Source: the human T2T-CHM13v2.0 reference genome, Homo sapiens. Taken from it: a DNA stretch of 64,000 nt. The DNA lies in NCBI RefSeq assembly GCF_009914755.1, contig NC_060947.1; one strand, written 5' to 3'. This document shows positions 1 to 16,769 of the stretch, piece by piece. A program made the translations under genes and the position numbers. The notes under the pieces are model-generated. The model was not told the origin of the DNA, did not search any database, and saw only the letters and a list, made by a program, of their open reading frames with translations. Numbering within the stretch: the first letter of the stretch is position 1; every line of letters starts with the position of its first letter.

Positions 1-540
1 AATGACTTGGGAAAACTGCTGGAAATTACACAAACTTCTAGATATGACCCAAGACCTAGCCATTCCACTCCTATTTACCCAAGATAAATGAAATCTTATG
101 TCCAAAAAGACTAGTACAAGAAAATTAAAAGTAGCTTTATTTATAATAGGTTTAAAAATGGAACTGGCCCAGGTATCTATGAACAGGAGAAAGGGAAAAC
201 AAACTTTGCTATTTTAATACACTTGGCAATGAAGGGACACAAACTGTTGATACATAGGATATGGATTATTTTATTAAAAATATGCTGAATGAATAAAGGC
301 TTGACCAATGACCATCCACTATAGGATTCCATCTTTATGAGTGTCTAGAACAGGCAAAACAATACCTGTTGGAAAAATATCAGGTCAGCATAGTGCTTGC
401 TGGGGCAGTTGTGGATGTTACTGAAAACTGACACAGGAAACTCTCTGGTGAAGCCTGTGCTCTCTACTTTGGTAGGAGTTTGGTTTACATGGTGTGCTTT
501 TGTCTCTTTATTAAATGCATGCTTAATATTTATGTATCTC
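1..540 (+). mobile_element. Old L1M (L1ME/L1MC-type) 3' fragment
   Basis: Degenerate ORF2-end/3'UTR phrases such as gacctagccattccactccta-tttacccaagataaatgaaa and gtagctttatttataatag. Confidence 0.75.
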
Positions 541-547
541 TATCAGA

Positions 548-1915
548 AACTGTGTCCCCTGGAGTGAGACCATCACTGTCTGCCATCATGTAGCTGTTTC
601 CTTTGGAGCCACTCAGTCATTGACTGCTTTCCCTGGAATGAGGGGAATACCCAGTCATTGGTCATCAATTGTTTCTGCTGGACCAACTCTGTCCTGGGCT
701 CTGTTCCCTCCACTGACTCAGTGATTGACTGTTATCCTTGGAGTGACTCAAGTGTCGGCTGTCTTCCCAGGTCTGAGGCAATCACTTCCTGTCATCCTCT
801 TAACAACTGTTTTCCTTAGAGTGACACAGTCATTCACTGTTTCTCCTGGATATCTCCCTGTCATTTCATCATCAATTTTTTCTCTAGATTGACTCAGTTC
901 ACCATCAACTGTGTCCCCTGGAGTGACTTGGTGGTCAATTATTTTCCCTGAATTGATTTGGTCATCGATTCTTTTGCCTGGACTGACTCTGTCATCGACT
1001 GTTGTCCCTGGAATGATTTGGTACTCAACTGCTTTCCCTGGACTGATTGGTCATCAACTCTTTTCCCCGGATTTACTCGGTCATTGACTGTGTTCCCTGG
1101 ACTGACTTGGTACTCAACTGATTTCCCCTGGATTAATTCAGTCATTAACTCTTTTTCCTAGTTTGACTGGGTACTCAACTCATTTCCCTGGAATGATTTG
1201 GTACCCAACTCATTTCCCTGATTCGACTCGGTACTCAACTGGTTTCCCTGGAATGACTTGGTACTCAGCTGGTTTCCCTGGATTGACACCATATTCAACT
1301 TGTTTCCCTGGATTAACTTGGTATTCAACTCATTTCCCTGGACTGACTCTACCCTGAAATGATTTGTGCCCTGGACTGTCTGGTATTCAACTCTTTTCCC
1401 TGGATTGACTCAGTCATTTGCCCTCATTTCCTGTTTTACTTGGAACAACTCAGTCATTCACTATTTTCCACACTGAGGGCATCTCCATGACTTCCTATCA
1501 TCAATGCTTTCCCTGGACTAAGTCAGTCATAGACTCTAATCTCTGGAATGACTCATGATCACTATTTTCCAATCTCTGGAATGACTTATGATCACTATTT
1601 TTTCTGGTGTGGCTTGGTAACTGTCTTTTTTAAATGAACTGAAGAGATCATGCCCTGCCACCTCATCAACTATTTATTTCCCTTGTTGTGACTTTGTCAG
1701 AGGCTGTGTTCCCTGGGCTGAGGTCATCTCCTCTTCTTTTTGTCATCAGTATTTTCCCTGGAGTGACTCGGTCATCTCTTCTTTTCCCTGAACTGTTGTG
1801 TAATCACGTCTTTTCCCTGGAATCCCTAGATCATCAACTATTTTCCCTGGACAGACTCGGTTATTGATTATGTTCCCTGGAGTGACTCAGTCATTGATTG
1901 CTTTTCCTGGACTGA
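548..1915. repeat. Degenerate 30-bp tandem repeat (minisatellite-like array), roughly 40-45 units
   Basis: Recurring unit ~AACTGTTTTCCCTGGANTGACTCGGTCATC. Near-exact 30-nt periodicity from ~908 to ~1345 (e.g. aactcatttccctggaatgatttggtaccc, aactggtttccctggaatgacttggtactc); flanks more decayed. Confidence 0.95.
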
Positions 1916-2293
1916 TCTCTTCATCACCTCAGTCGTCTTAGAAGGGAGATTGCTGGTAATAAAAGTATATTTTTATTTTCATAAATATGTACACAAATAC
2001 ATGAACATATCTTTATACACATGTGTATCCAAGCCTCCTTCAGGAAGTTTCAGCCCATCTGAGAATGCATAACAATGCCTTCCAAAGTTCATGTGTGGCA
2101 AAACTTTTAATTTTTCCCCCCAGTATGATAGGGGAGGAATGGTGTCTGTGTTTCCTGTTGTGCTCATTTTACAATCAGTTTACTTGGACTTCTTCTTCAT
2201 GAATGTTTTTAATGTTTTTTCCTTCCATTTTCAATTTTTTAAAAAAATGTGTTAACGTTAGCCCCTTTATGAGGCAACTTATACAATTCTGTG

Positions 2294-2612
2294 CTGGGAA
2301 CACTTCCTGAGAAATGCATCCTTGGCTGATTTGGCCCTTGTACAATCATCCTAGAGTGCATGTACCCAAACCCGGATGGCACAGGTAACTGCATACCTGG
2401 GCTGTATAGTGTAGCCTGCTACACTCCTGTGCAACCTGCGACTGCACTGAATACTCTAGGCAACTGTAACACATGTTACATGTGATATTTGTGCACCTAA
2501 ACGTATCCAAACCTAGGTAAGGTAGGCTACATATACGGTATTATAATCTCATGGGACCACTGTCAAATATGTGGTCTGTCATTGACTGAAATATTCTTAT
2601 ATGGTACATCTC
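2294..2612 (-). mobile_element. Tigger3a (TcMar-Tigger MITE)
   Basis: Matches the reverse of the recalled consensus: ctgagaaatgcatc...actgaatactctaggcaactgtaacac...tacggtattataatctcatgggaccac...gtcattgactgaaa. Confidence 0.85.
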
Positions 2613-2619
2613 TATATTT

Positions 2620-4160
2620 CTCATGACTTTTTAATTGCACTGTTTGCCCAGCAAATTTTTTAAAAAATTATATATTCAAATTTTGTATATTTGATTGCAT
2701 TTGGATTTTGAGTGGTACTTAGAAACCTTTCTCCACACTGAGATTATAGAAGAATTAATTCACTTTTCTTCTAGTACTTACATGGCTGTATGTATGTTAT
2801 TGTGCATACCCCTAAGCATGTGTATGTGCATGTATGTTTAGATACATGATTCATGTGGAGTTTATTCCTGTGTATAAATAAACTGTGGATCTAAATATAT
2901 CATTTTCCAGGTGGTCCCACCAACATTTACTTAAAAATCCATTATTTCAGACACTGGGGTGCGCACCTGTAGTCCCAGCTACTTAGGAGGCTGAGGCAGC
3001 GGAATGGCTTGAGCTCAGGAGTTCAAGACCCATCTAAGAAACATATTGAGACCCTGTCTCTAAATTAAAAATAAACATGATAAAGTAGCCAGGCGTGGTA
3101 GTGCATGCCTATAGTCCCAGATACTCTGGAGGCTGAGTCAGGAGGATTGCTTGAGCCTGGAGACCAAGGCTGCAGTGAGCCATGATCGAGCCACTGCACT
3201 CCAGCCTGGGCAACAGAGTGAGACCCTTCTTTAAAAAATCCATTATTGCCCAGTGGTTTGAGATGGGCAATAATGGATTGAAATAATAATAATTGAGATA
3301 CCACCTTAATTGTATACTAAACTTCCTTCTGTACCTCTACCTGTTTCTAGATGTTCTCTTATATTCCTCTAGTCTTTTTGTCTTCTCATGCACCTGTAAC
3401 ATATTATTTTCATTATAGATGCTTAATAATGTGTTTAAAATCTGAAAGGGCTTGACCCTACTAAGGGTTTTTCTGGCTATTCTTGCCTGCTGGTTATTCC
3501 ACATGAACTTCCATGTCAACTACTGCATAAGACAATTTGTAATTTTCAAAAATTTTGATAACATTACTTTTATAAATTCACCCACTTAGAATTTACCTCT
3601 TTACATTTTTGAGCCATCCTATTCAAAGATGATTTTCCTTTTGTTCCTACTACTTTTATTTCTTTCAGGAGATTTTAAAGGTTTTTAAAAATTATATAGA
3701 GTTTGCACAGTTCTTACTATGTTTATTCTTAAGTAGTATGTCATCTTCTTTGGTGTAATTGTACATGGACTTCATGCTAAATAACTCTATAATTTTTTAT
3801 TTTAGGGTTATATTAAGGACTTACATATGCTACTTTTATTGCTAATTTTACTGAATTATATTATTTTGTGAATTAATTTGAACATTAATTCTTTAAAGCT
3901 TTCCAGATATCATCTGAAAAATAATAGGAATTAATTTGTTTCTAGTCCCTATGCCTCTAATTGGTTTATTTTATTTCCTTGTTTAGAAAACACCTTCAGC
4001 ATAATGTTGAATAGCAGTGGAGATATTTTACATTCTGGCTTGCATTTCTAGCATGAATCCCACTTGGTCATGGCATTTTTTGCAAAGTGATATTGGATTC
4101 TGTTTGACAATATTTTATTTAGTACTTAAGCATCAGTATTCATAACTAATATTGGTCTGG
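2620..4160 (-). mobile_element. Old L1M ORF2 remnants, interrupted by an Alu
   Basis: Antisense L1 phrases: ggctattcttgcc...ttccacatgaac, ataatgttgaatagcagtgg, gaatcccacttggtcatgg, tggattctgtttgacaatatttt. Confidence 0.65.
2951..3238 (+). mobile_element. Old dimeric Alu (AluJ-age) with a FLAM_A-like left arm
   Basis: Two 7SL-derived arms with an A-rich linker; TSD aaaaatccattatt on both sides (~2933-2946 and ~3234-3247). Confidence 0.9.
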
Positions 4161-4979
4161 AATATTCTCTCATTATTCACCTGCATACATATTAAGTTAG
4201 CATTTAAATTTTTATATTATGAATTTAAATGTCTGAAAACAACATAATTTTCAGTTGTGTATAACTTTGACATATTAAAATAAAATTCTTACATTGTTCT
4301 TACAAATGTATCCAACTGTATTTTCATATCATAGTGACTAGAATTTTAACCTCAATGTAATAGATTTTTTGAAAACATATTGATTATAATAATGTCCTTT
4401 CCTATATTCACATAAGTATAGAAATTGAAAATTTACCTTTTTTGATTCCTAAAATAGTAGTGACTCATATGTTAACATTTTATTCTGAGCTTTCATTGTA
4501 TTTTTATTAATTATGATTTATCAAAACAAAAATATGTGTCACATCTCTATAAGTAATAAATATGTCTTGAAACATAATATTTTATGGGGGATAATTAAGA
4601 GCAAAAAATAGCAAGAAACTGTATATAAATCTTTAAACATCCAATTGAGCACCAATTATTTGGATGACTACAGGACTCAGTGGTACTCTCCTAGCCAGCC
4701 ACAGACCCAGAGCTTCCACCATTGTTATTTAATCTGGAGTAAACCGCTACCCACTGATGGCAAATCACCATCAGGAGTGGGAAGGTTATAGAACCTTTTT
4801 CTAAAACATGTCTCATTAGGAACTCACACTTACCTGGGACATTATTTAAACTCTGAAGAACATGCTTATCCCACAGACATTCCGTTCATATGAGATTTTT
4901 AGAACACAGTTGCATTATAGAGGGGTTTTATTGACTCAGGAATAATTATACATATAATTATTATATAAATAAAGTACAC

Positions 4980-5573
<594 letters not shown>

Positions 5574-5699
5574 AACATTACCTTTTTTAATAACTCCTAG
5601 GACATGGAGTAAAAAGTAAAATTATACAATACAAGAGGGAACGAGGCAATATAAACAAAGTTTTGTTATACTCTTGAAAATAAAAAGGTTCTCCTTTAA

Positions 5700-6165
5700 A
5701 AACATTGTATCCTGGTAGGATGCACTGAAGACACAACATCACATGCATAACTTCAAACTAATTATGAGAAATCTTAAGACAAACCCAAACTGAGAGACAG
5801 TCTACAAAATACCTGACCAATACTCACCAAAAGTATTAAGGGCATAAAAGACAAGGAAATAAATTAGAGTAGAATAAGGACACACAAATTGCAGGAGAAT
5901 AAACATATACAAAAACAAAATGCAGTGTGAGATTCTGGATTGGATCCTAGAAATTAAAAAGATATTAGGGGAACACTGGTGTAATGTTAAGGTCTGTGGT
6001 TTAATTAATAGTTAGTGTTCATTGTCAAAATAGGACACCATTGTTAGTGTCCTGATTTTGACAATGATACTATAGTTATATGTTGTAAATATTAGGGAAA
6101 ATTGAATGAAGATTATATATGAACTTTCTGTAAGTTCGAACTTTTTCAAAATAAAATATTTAAAA
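5700..6165 (+). mobile_element. L1MC/L1MD-type 3' UTR fragment
   Basis: gacaaacccaaactgagagacagtctacaaaatacctgacca, attctggattggatcctagaa, tcctgattttgacaatgatactatagttata. Confidence 0.75.
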
Positions 6166-6626
6166 GAGATATTGATGATTTTAACACAAAATGAACATAT
6201 TTGCTATGGTAAATCTCAACACATTGAAACAACAAAAATCAAGCAGATAACATTCTCTGAACACAATAAAATAAAATTTGAACTCAAGTGACAATATAAT
6301 TAAATTATCTTATTTTTCACAATTAAAATATAATGATACATATTCATGGGTAAAAAGGGAAATAGTAATGAGAATGAGAAAATAATTAGGACTAAATAAA
6401 TGTATTACATATGAAAATCAGTAAATTTCACTAAAACAAAATTAGAGGGAAATTTATAGACCAAAATGGTTATGTTAGAAAAAGAGAAGAAAATAAATCA
6501 AAACTCAATAAATAATCATCCAACTTAAGAGTATAGAAAATGAACAGTAAAATTATGAAGGTAAAAGTAGAAACTAAGGGAATGTAAAAACAAACAAAAC
6601 AAAGCCAAATAAAGAAACAGACAACC

Positions 6627-7019
6627 TGTCTTAGTCTGTTTTGTGTTGCTATAACAGAATACCACAGACTGGGTAATTTATAAACAATAGAAGCTAATGT
6701 GGCTCGTGGTTCTGGAGACTGGGGACTTCAAGAGCAAGGCACCAGCATCTGGCAAGGACCTTCATTCTGTGTCATCCCATGGTGGAAGGCAGAAGGGCAA
6801 GACGGAGGAAGACTGAGAGAGGAAGACAAGGCAGAGCTCACTTTTATTAAAAATCATGTCTATGATAAGGAGCCCACTTCTCCAGTAATGACATTGGTCC
6901 TTGCATGAAGGTGGAGCTCTTATGATCTAATCACCATTCAAAGGTCTGAGCTCTAAGTACCATCACAATGACAATTAAATTTCAACACAAGTTTTGAAGG
7001 GAATGTTAAAATCATAGCA
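6627..7019 (-). mobile_element. MaLR solo LTR (MSTC/MSTD/MLT1A-type)
   Basis: Termini tgtcttagtctgttttgtgttgctataacagaataccacagactgggtaattt and attaaatttcaacac...aatcatagca. Confidence 0.88.
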
Positions 7020-9401
7020 AAACCCTAAGGAACCTGCATAGCCAAACTCTAGAGAACATTATTTGCATTGTAGTGTATTTATACAATACTCCACCCTACA
7101 CTGTTTATTTCAAATTTGAACAACCTTACACTGCAGCCTAGACAAACTTATAGCAAGAATTCACAAAGTCAAGGGTTGAGAAGAGAAACACTTAACAATT
7201 GTTGCTGTAGCAATTCACTATATGTGGAAAAAAATAAAAATCATTTTCTCACACCATACATTAAAATGACTCCCATAGGGATCAATGTAAAAGACAAAAC
7301 TGCAAAATATTTAGAAGTCAACAGATAGGAATATTTTTATGACTTCCAAGTAAGAAAGGCTTGCTTACATAAAACACAAAAAACTTAACTGCAAAAGAAA
7401 AACATTCAATACAGTCAATTAGTTAAAATATAAACTTGTATTTCTACAAATAAGTAAATAAGTAAAACCTCCTAAGAAAAATTAAAAGAGAAACACAATT
7501 AAGTAGTCATGAAGCCTGTTTGCAAATATTCTAAATCTCTTTTGGAAGCACCTGGTGTTTCATGTCCACTGGAAGTGAAATGTAACCATGTTGCTTGTTT
7601 TGGACAATGACATTTGAATCTTTCCTGTATATTCCATACAAATATGTTTTCTGTTGTTTGTCATTGTAGGAACATATGGGGACAGAGGATGGTGGCCCTA
7701 GAACCTAAGGCAAAGTTTGTCTTCCAATTTAGGTCCATGCAGGTGCCTTTAATATTCACACTGTGGCTCACCCATCCATTATTCCACAACATATTAGAAA
7801 ACAGAAACAGGAGGAGATTTCATTTTTTTTCAATTTTAGGAATCCTTCCAATTCTCCTTATTTCCCAGCTCTGCTTTAGGTTCCTAAATTCTTAGTCAAG
7901 ACAGAGAGGCTCTTGACAGGTGGGATTGAATTTAGCTTGTAAATAACTGAGGACACCCAGATGAGCCGGCCTAGAAACAGACGTTCGGCCAAGCTAGGAG
8001 AACAAAGAAGTTGTGCAGCTGTATGTACCATATTGGCTTGGGCGTGTATCAAAAGCATGATTTACTGTGCATGCGCACACAGAACATGAATATAGAGTTG
8101 GTAACTAGACTGCACCTTAATGTGTGTCAGAGTAGACTCATTCTCAACAGCCAATGGCTTGAGCATACCAAGGGGCTATTCCCAATGACTCTTGAGCCTA
8201 TGTGCAGATTTTCATTGGGGATATGCTGTTGCCTGCAGCACCATTCAAAATACAGCCAGCTGATCAGTGAGCTGTTAGCAATTTACCATCAACGATCAAT
8301 TTGGAAAGCCATATAGCAAGATGGAAAGAAACTGGCTATCACCAACAATCATACTCCTAGCCCACAAGAACTTTCAAATGGGTGCAAAAGAGGAGATGCT
8401 CATGGCCATTGGATCTGTGTAGTTATCATGGTTATGTAGATAGATACTTAATACATGTATGCAGAATAGATAATAAAGATCTTAAATAATATATCATAAA
8501 TAAATCTTAAATAAATCTTGAATAAACAGATCACAAAGATCAGAATAGATCATAAAGTTACACATGTGACAATGTGTGCAAGAGAGTGGAACAAGAGTGA
8601 GAGAATTATGCACTACAATAAAACAAAAGAGGATCTTTGTACAGAGAAAGAATGGCCAACAGCCCAGTGGAGAAATAATTCAAATAAATACCCTGGAACT
8701 GAGAGCAATGCATATTGCTGACATATGCATATCTATCATTGTAAGGAATTATAGGATGCGTCAAAAGAAGATTCTATGCCCCCAGACATAAATTAGGAGC
8801 CAGTGACACCAGTCTAGTGTTGGGCTTACCTTCCAGATCAGCTCAGAATATCTATCCTAGGTTCTGCTTTCACACATTTAACCAAAAATAAAACGTGGTA
8901 GAAGTAGATTATTAAAACAGATAAAAGGCATGGAATATTCCACATAAGATGTTTAGTAAAGCTAGATGAGAAAAAGAAATTGATGAAAATCAAATGTACA
9001 ACTTTTGCTTACTATTTTCCAGTGATGAAGTCTCAATAGTTTAGCACTTGAACATTACACATGATTCATGAGAATTTGGGATTTTTTTTTCTTCTCGTCC
9101 ACAATATGTAACTCTTATTTTTATCATGCTGAGGTTCATGCCCAGAAAGTCAATCTGTTGTTTTATATTCCTTTCATTTGCCAAAAAAAGAGATTCTCTT
9201 TCACTTACATTAAAAATCTGCAAAATTCTCACACAGTAGATTTTTAAAAATCTCTTCAATGCAATTTCTAAGTGAATGTTTTGTATGTTAACTAGAATGA
9301 GGAACAAAGCAGAAATATTATAATTCATGATTATTAATTTTGCATTCTGGGTTTTTCAATTTAAAAATAAATGGAAACATTTAGAGATCATTTAGTATTA
9401 G

Positions 9402-9445
9402 TATTAGTACACTAATACTAAACGTTTAGTATTAGTGTACTAATA
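9402..9445. repeat. Perfect 44-bp palindrome
   Basis: tattagtacactaatactaaac|gtttagtattagtgtactaata; 22-bp arms, no spacer. Confidence 0.97.
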
Positions 9446-10001
9446 GTGTACTACAAACACTTTGTTAACACTTTGTTTTAATACCAGTGTAAGTTGGCTA
9501 TAAAAGAACTTAAACCTTTTAATCCACAAAATGCTTGCAAACTAATTGGAGAGGCAAGGCCCACACATATGAAAATAAGTGGTAATTATGTCTGTAAGAC
9601 AAGAAACATGCCAAGGTTTAGAGAAGGAGGAGTTGACACAAGCTGTCCGTATGATAATATGAATAAGAGGAGGCAGCTTTTAATAAAACAAATAATAGTT
9701 GGGGAGATCCACTTATACATAAACATAAAAACAAAGAAAACATGAAATCATAGACACTTTTGAAGGTAACTGGGAATGTAAATCTTGATCAACCTTTGGG
9801 TGGACAATTTGGAAAATTTCAACTTCCACAACAATGACAAAAAACAGTGCAACCTGAAAGTTCTCTTAAACTTCAGATTGCCCTAGTTTCAATTCTTAAA
9901 CATTAAGATAGATTATGAGAAGACTATAAATTCTGCTGCTAAAACTATTATTCTCAAATGAGAATTTCTGTCATCTGGGTGTGTAAAATACTTCCTCAGC
10001 A

Positions 10002-10845
10002 TGTTCGAACCCATCGCAAGGAAGCTAAAAACCTTGAACAAAGATTAGAAGAATGGCTAACTAGAATAAACAGTGTAGAGAAGATTTAAATGACCTGGTG
10101 GAGCTGAAAACCATGGCACAAGAACTTCGTGACGCATGCACAAGCTTCAATAGCCAATTCCATCCAGTGGAAGAAAGAGTATCAGTGATTGAAGATCAAA
10201 TTAATGAAATAAAATGAGAAGACAAGGTTAGAGAAAAAAGAGTGAAAAGAAACGAACAAAGCCTCCAAGAAATATGGGACTATGTGAAAAGACCAAATCT
10301 ATGTTTGATTGGTGTACCTGACAGTGATGGGGAGAATGGAACCAAGTTGGAAAATACTCTTCATGATATTATCCAGGAGAACTTACCCAACATAGCAAGA
10401 CAGGCCAACATTCAAATTCAAGAAATACAGAGAACACCACAAAGATACTCTTCAAGAAGAGCAACTCCAAGAAACATAATTGTCAGATTCACCGAGGTTG
10501 AAATGAAGGAAAAAGTGTTAAGGGCAGCCAGAGAGAAAGGTCAAGTTACCCATAAAGGGAAGCCCATCAGACTAACAGCAGATCTCTCAGTAGAAACCCT
10601 TACAAGCCAGAAGAGAGTGGGGGCCAATATTCAACATTCTTAAAAAAAAGAATTTTCAACCCAGGATTTCAAATCCAGCCAAACTAAGCTTAATAAGTGA
10701 AGGAGAAATAAAATACTTTACAGACAAGCAAATGCTGAGAGATTTTGTCACCACCAAGTCTGCCTTACAAGAGCTCCTGAAGGAAGCACTAAACATGGAA
10801 AGAAACAACTGGTACCAGCCACTGAAAAAACAGGCCAAATTGTAA
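10002..10845 (+). pseudogene. L1 ORF1p remnant (truncated and frameshifted)
   Basis: KRNEQSLQEIWDYVKRPNL...EIQRTPQRYSSRRATPR...LRAAREKGQVTHKGKPIRLTADLS; frame breaks on both sides; normal stop at 10843-10845. Confidence 0.93.
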
Positions 10846-10908
10846 AGACCATCGATGCTATGAAGAAACTGCATCAATTAATGGGCAAAATAACTAGCGA
10901 ACATCATA

Positions 10909-15053
<4,145 letters not shown>

Positions 15054-15917
15054 ACAATGAGATCACTTGGACACAGGGCGGGGAACATCACACACTGGGG
15101 CCCGTTGGGGGATGGGGGACTGGGGGAGGGATAGCATTAGGAGAAATACCTAATGTAAATGATGAGTTGATGGGTGCAGCAAGCCAACATGGCACATGTA
15201 TACCTATGTAACAAACCTGCAGGTTGTGCACATGTACCCTAGAACTTAAAGTATAATAATAATAATAAAAATACTTCCTCAGCAAACCTTACAGCATAAA
15301 ATATACTTTCATGAGTTGTTCTTTAATTAGCTACTCAAGGAAGATCCTTGTAAAAATAATTATTCGGATTTTAATGTAGATAGTTTTGATTTAAACTCCA
15401 AGATTTTTTTGGGGGATGGGTAATATACATCATTGAGGTACACTATCAACATATACTTCACATTTACTATTCTTTCTTCTTTTTTTTTTTTTAAAAAAAA
15501 GGTCTGTTTTTCTTGGAGTGTTTAATTTCTTTTCGAATGCTGGAAAAATTTGGAGGACTTGCTAAGGTTTTTAACAGGATATTTTTTGTGATAGTTGGCA
15601 ACTGGGCCAGGATTAGGGTATGGTAAATGAGGTGTGTTATTATTTGTTGACCATTTACCTGTAGTGCAAAATTCAACTCTGTAATAGAGATAAATAGTAT
15701 TTTAATGCAATATTTAAAAAAATTAATGTAAGACATCCATGAACAACAAAATATCAGACTTAAATACTGAGAATCAGTAGCCCTTTTGTGATGAGCCAAA
15801 TTGGAGCTTAAGGCAAAAAAAATCAATATTGATGTTCCTTTCATTCCAAATTTTGGTATTTTGTTATTCATGGGTGTTTTGTATTAATTCTGATTTTTAA
15901 GAAATAATTGCGTTAAA

Positions 15918-16352
15918 GATATGGAATCAACCTAAATACTCAATGATAGACTGGATAAAGAAAATGTGGCACATATACACCATGGAATACTATGCAGATA
16001 TAATAAGTAATGAGATCATGTCCTCTGCAGGAACATGGATGGAGCAGGAGGCCATTATCCTTAGCAAGCTAATGCAGGAGCAGTAAACCAAATACTGCAT
16101 GTTCTCATTTGTAAGTGGGAGCTAAATGGTGAGAACACATGGACACATAGAGAGGAACAACACACACTGGCACTTATTGGAGGATGGAGGGTGGGAGGAG
16201 GGAGAGAATCAGGGAAAAATAACTAATGGGTACTAGGCTTAGAACTTAAGTAACTAAATAATTGGCACAACAAACCCCCATGACACACACTTACCCATAT
16301 AATAAACTTGCACATGTACCCCTGGACCTAAAATTAAAGTTAAATTAAAAAA
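15918..16352 (+). mobile_element. L1PA13-16-type 3' end
   Basis: ggagggtgggaggagggagagaatcagggaaaaataactaatgggtactaggctt...acaaacccccatgacac...aaattaaagttaaattaaaaaaa. Confidence 0.9.
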
Positions 16353-16769
16353 ATGCATTACACTATTATAATCTCTGTGACTGAGGGTTTTTTTGTGTGT
16401 GCCCTCTTAAATTTTACATCCAAACCAAGTGCCTCGTTTGCTAATCTTCTTCCCAGCCTCGGTTCAGGAAGGGCTGGAATTTCCTCATCCTCTCCTTCAG
16501 GATGTCAGTTCTGCACTGAATGTGACAAACTACTGAGTGTCATTTGTGTGCCACACTCAGGTGACTCATTCTGGTGAGGAACTATTTGTCATTGTCTGCA
16601 AGTTCATAAGCAGATTTGGAATTTCTCTTCCGTGCCCTTCAATTTGCCCTTGTACAATTTGTTATGATTAATGGGACCAAAGAAGGCAAAAAGATAACGG
16701 TACCCTCTTGGCTGTGGAATGAAAGATGACAGAGACCACTCAGGGTCTTAGAGAACACCCAATCAAACT

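Noticed and set aside
939-1357. Short ORFs with 10-aa periodicity as current genes
   Set aside because: They follow from a stop-poor 30-nt unit; 29- and 31-nt units switch frame and the ORFs are under 70 aa.
548-1915. 30-bp periodic array as a CRISPR-like locus
   Set aside because: Units are head-to-tail with no unique spacers, no cas genes are present, and the context is primate DNA.
4826-4837. acttacctgg as a U1 snRNA fragment or minus-strand donor
   Set aside because: Only about 10 nt match, no U1 body follows, and no convincing acceptor lies upstream on the minus strand.
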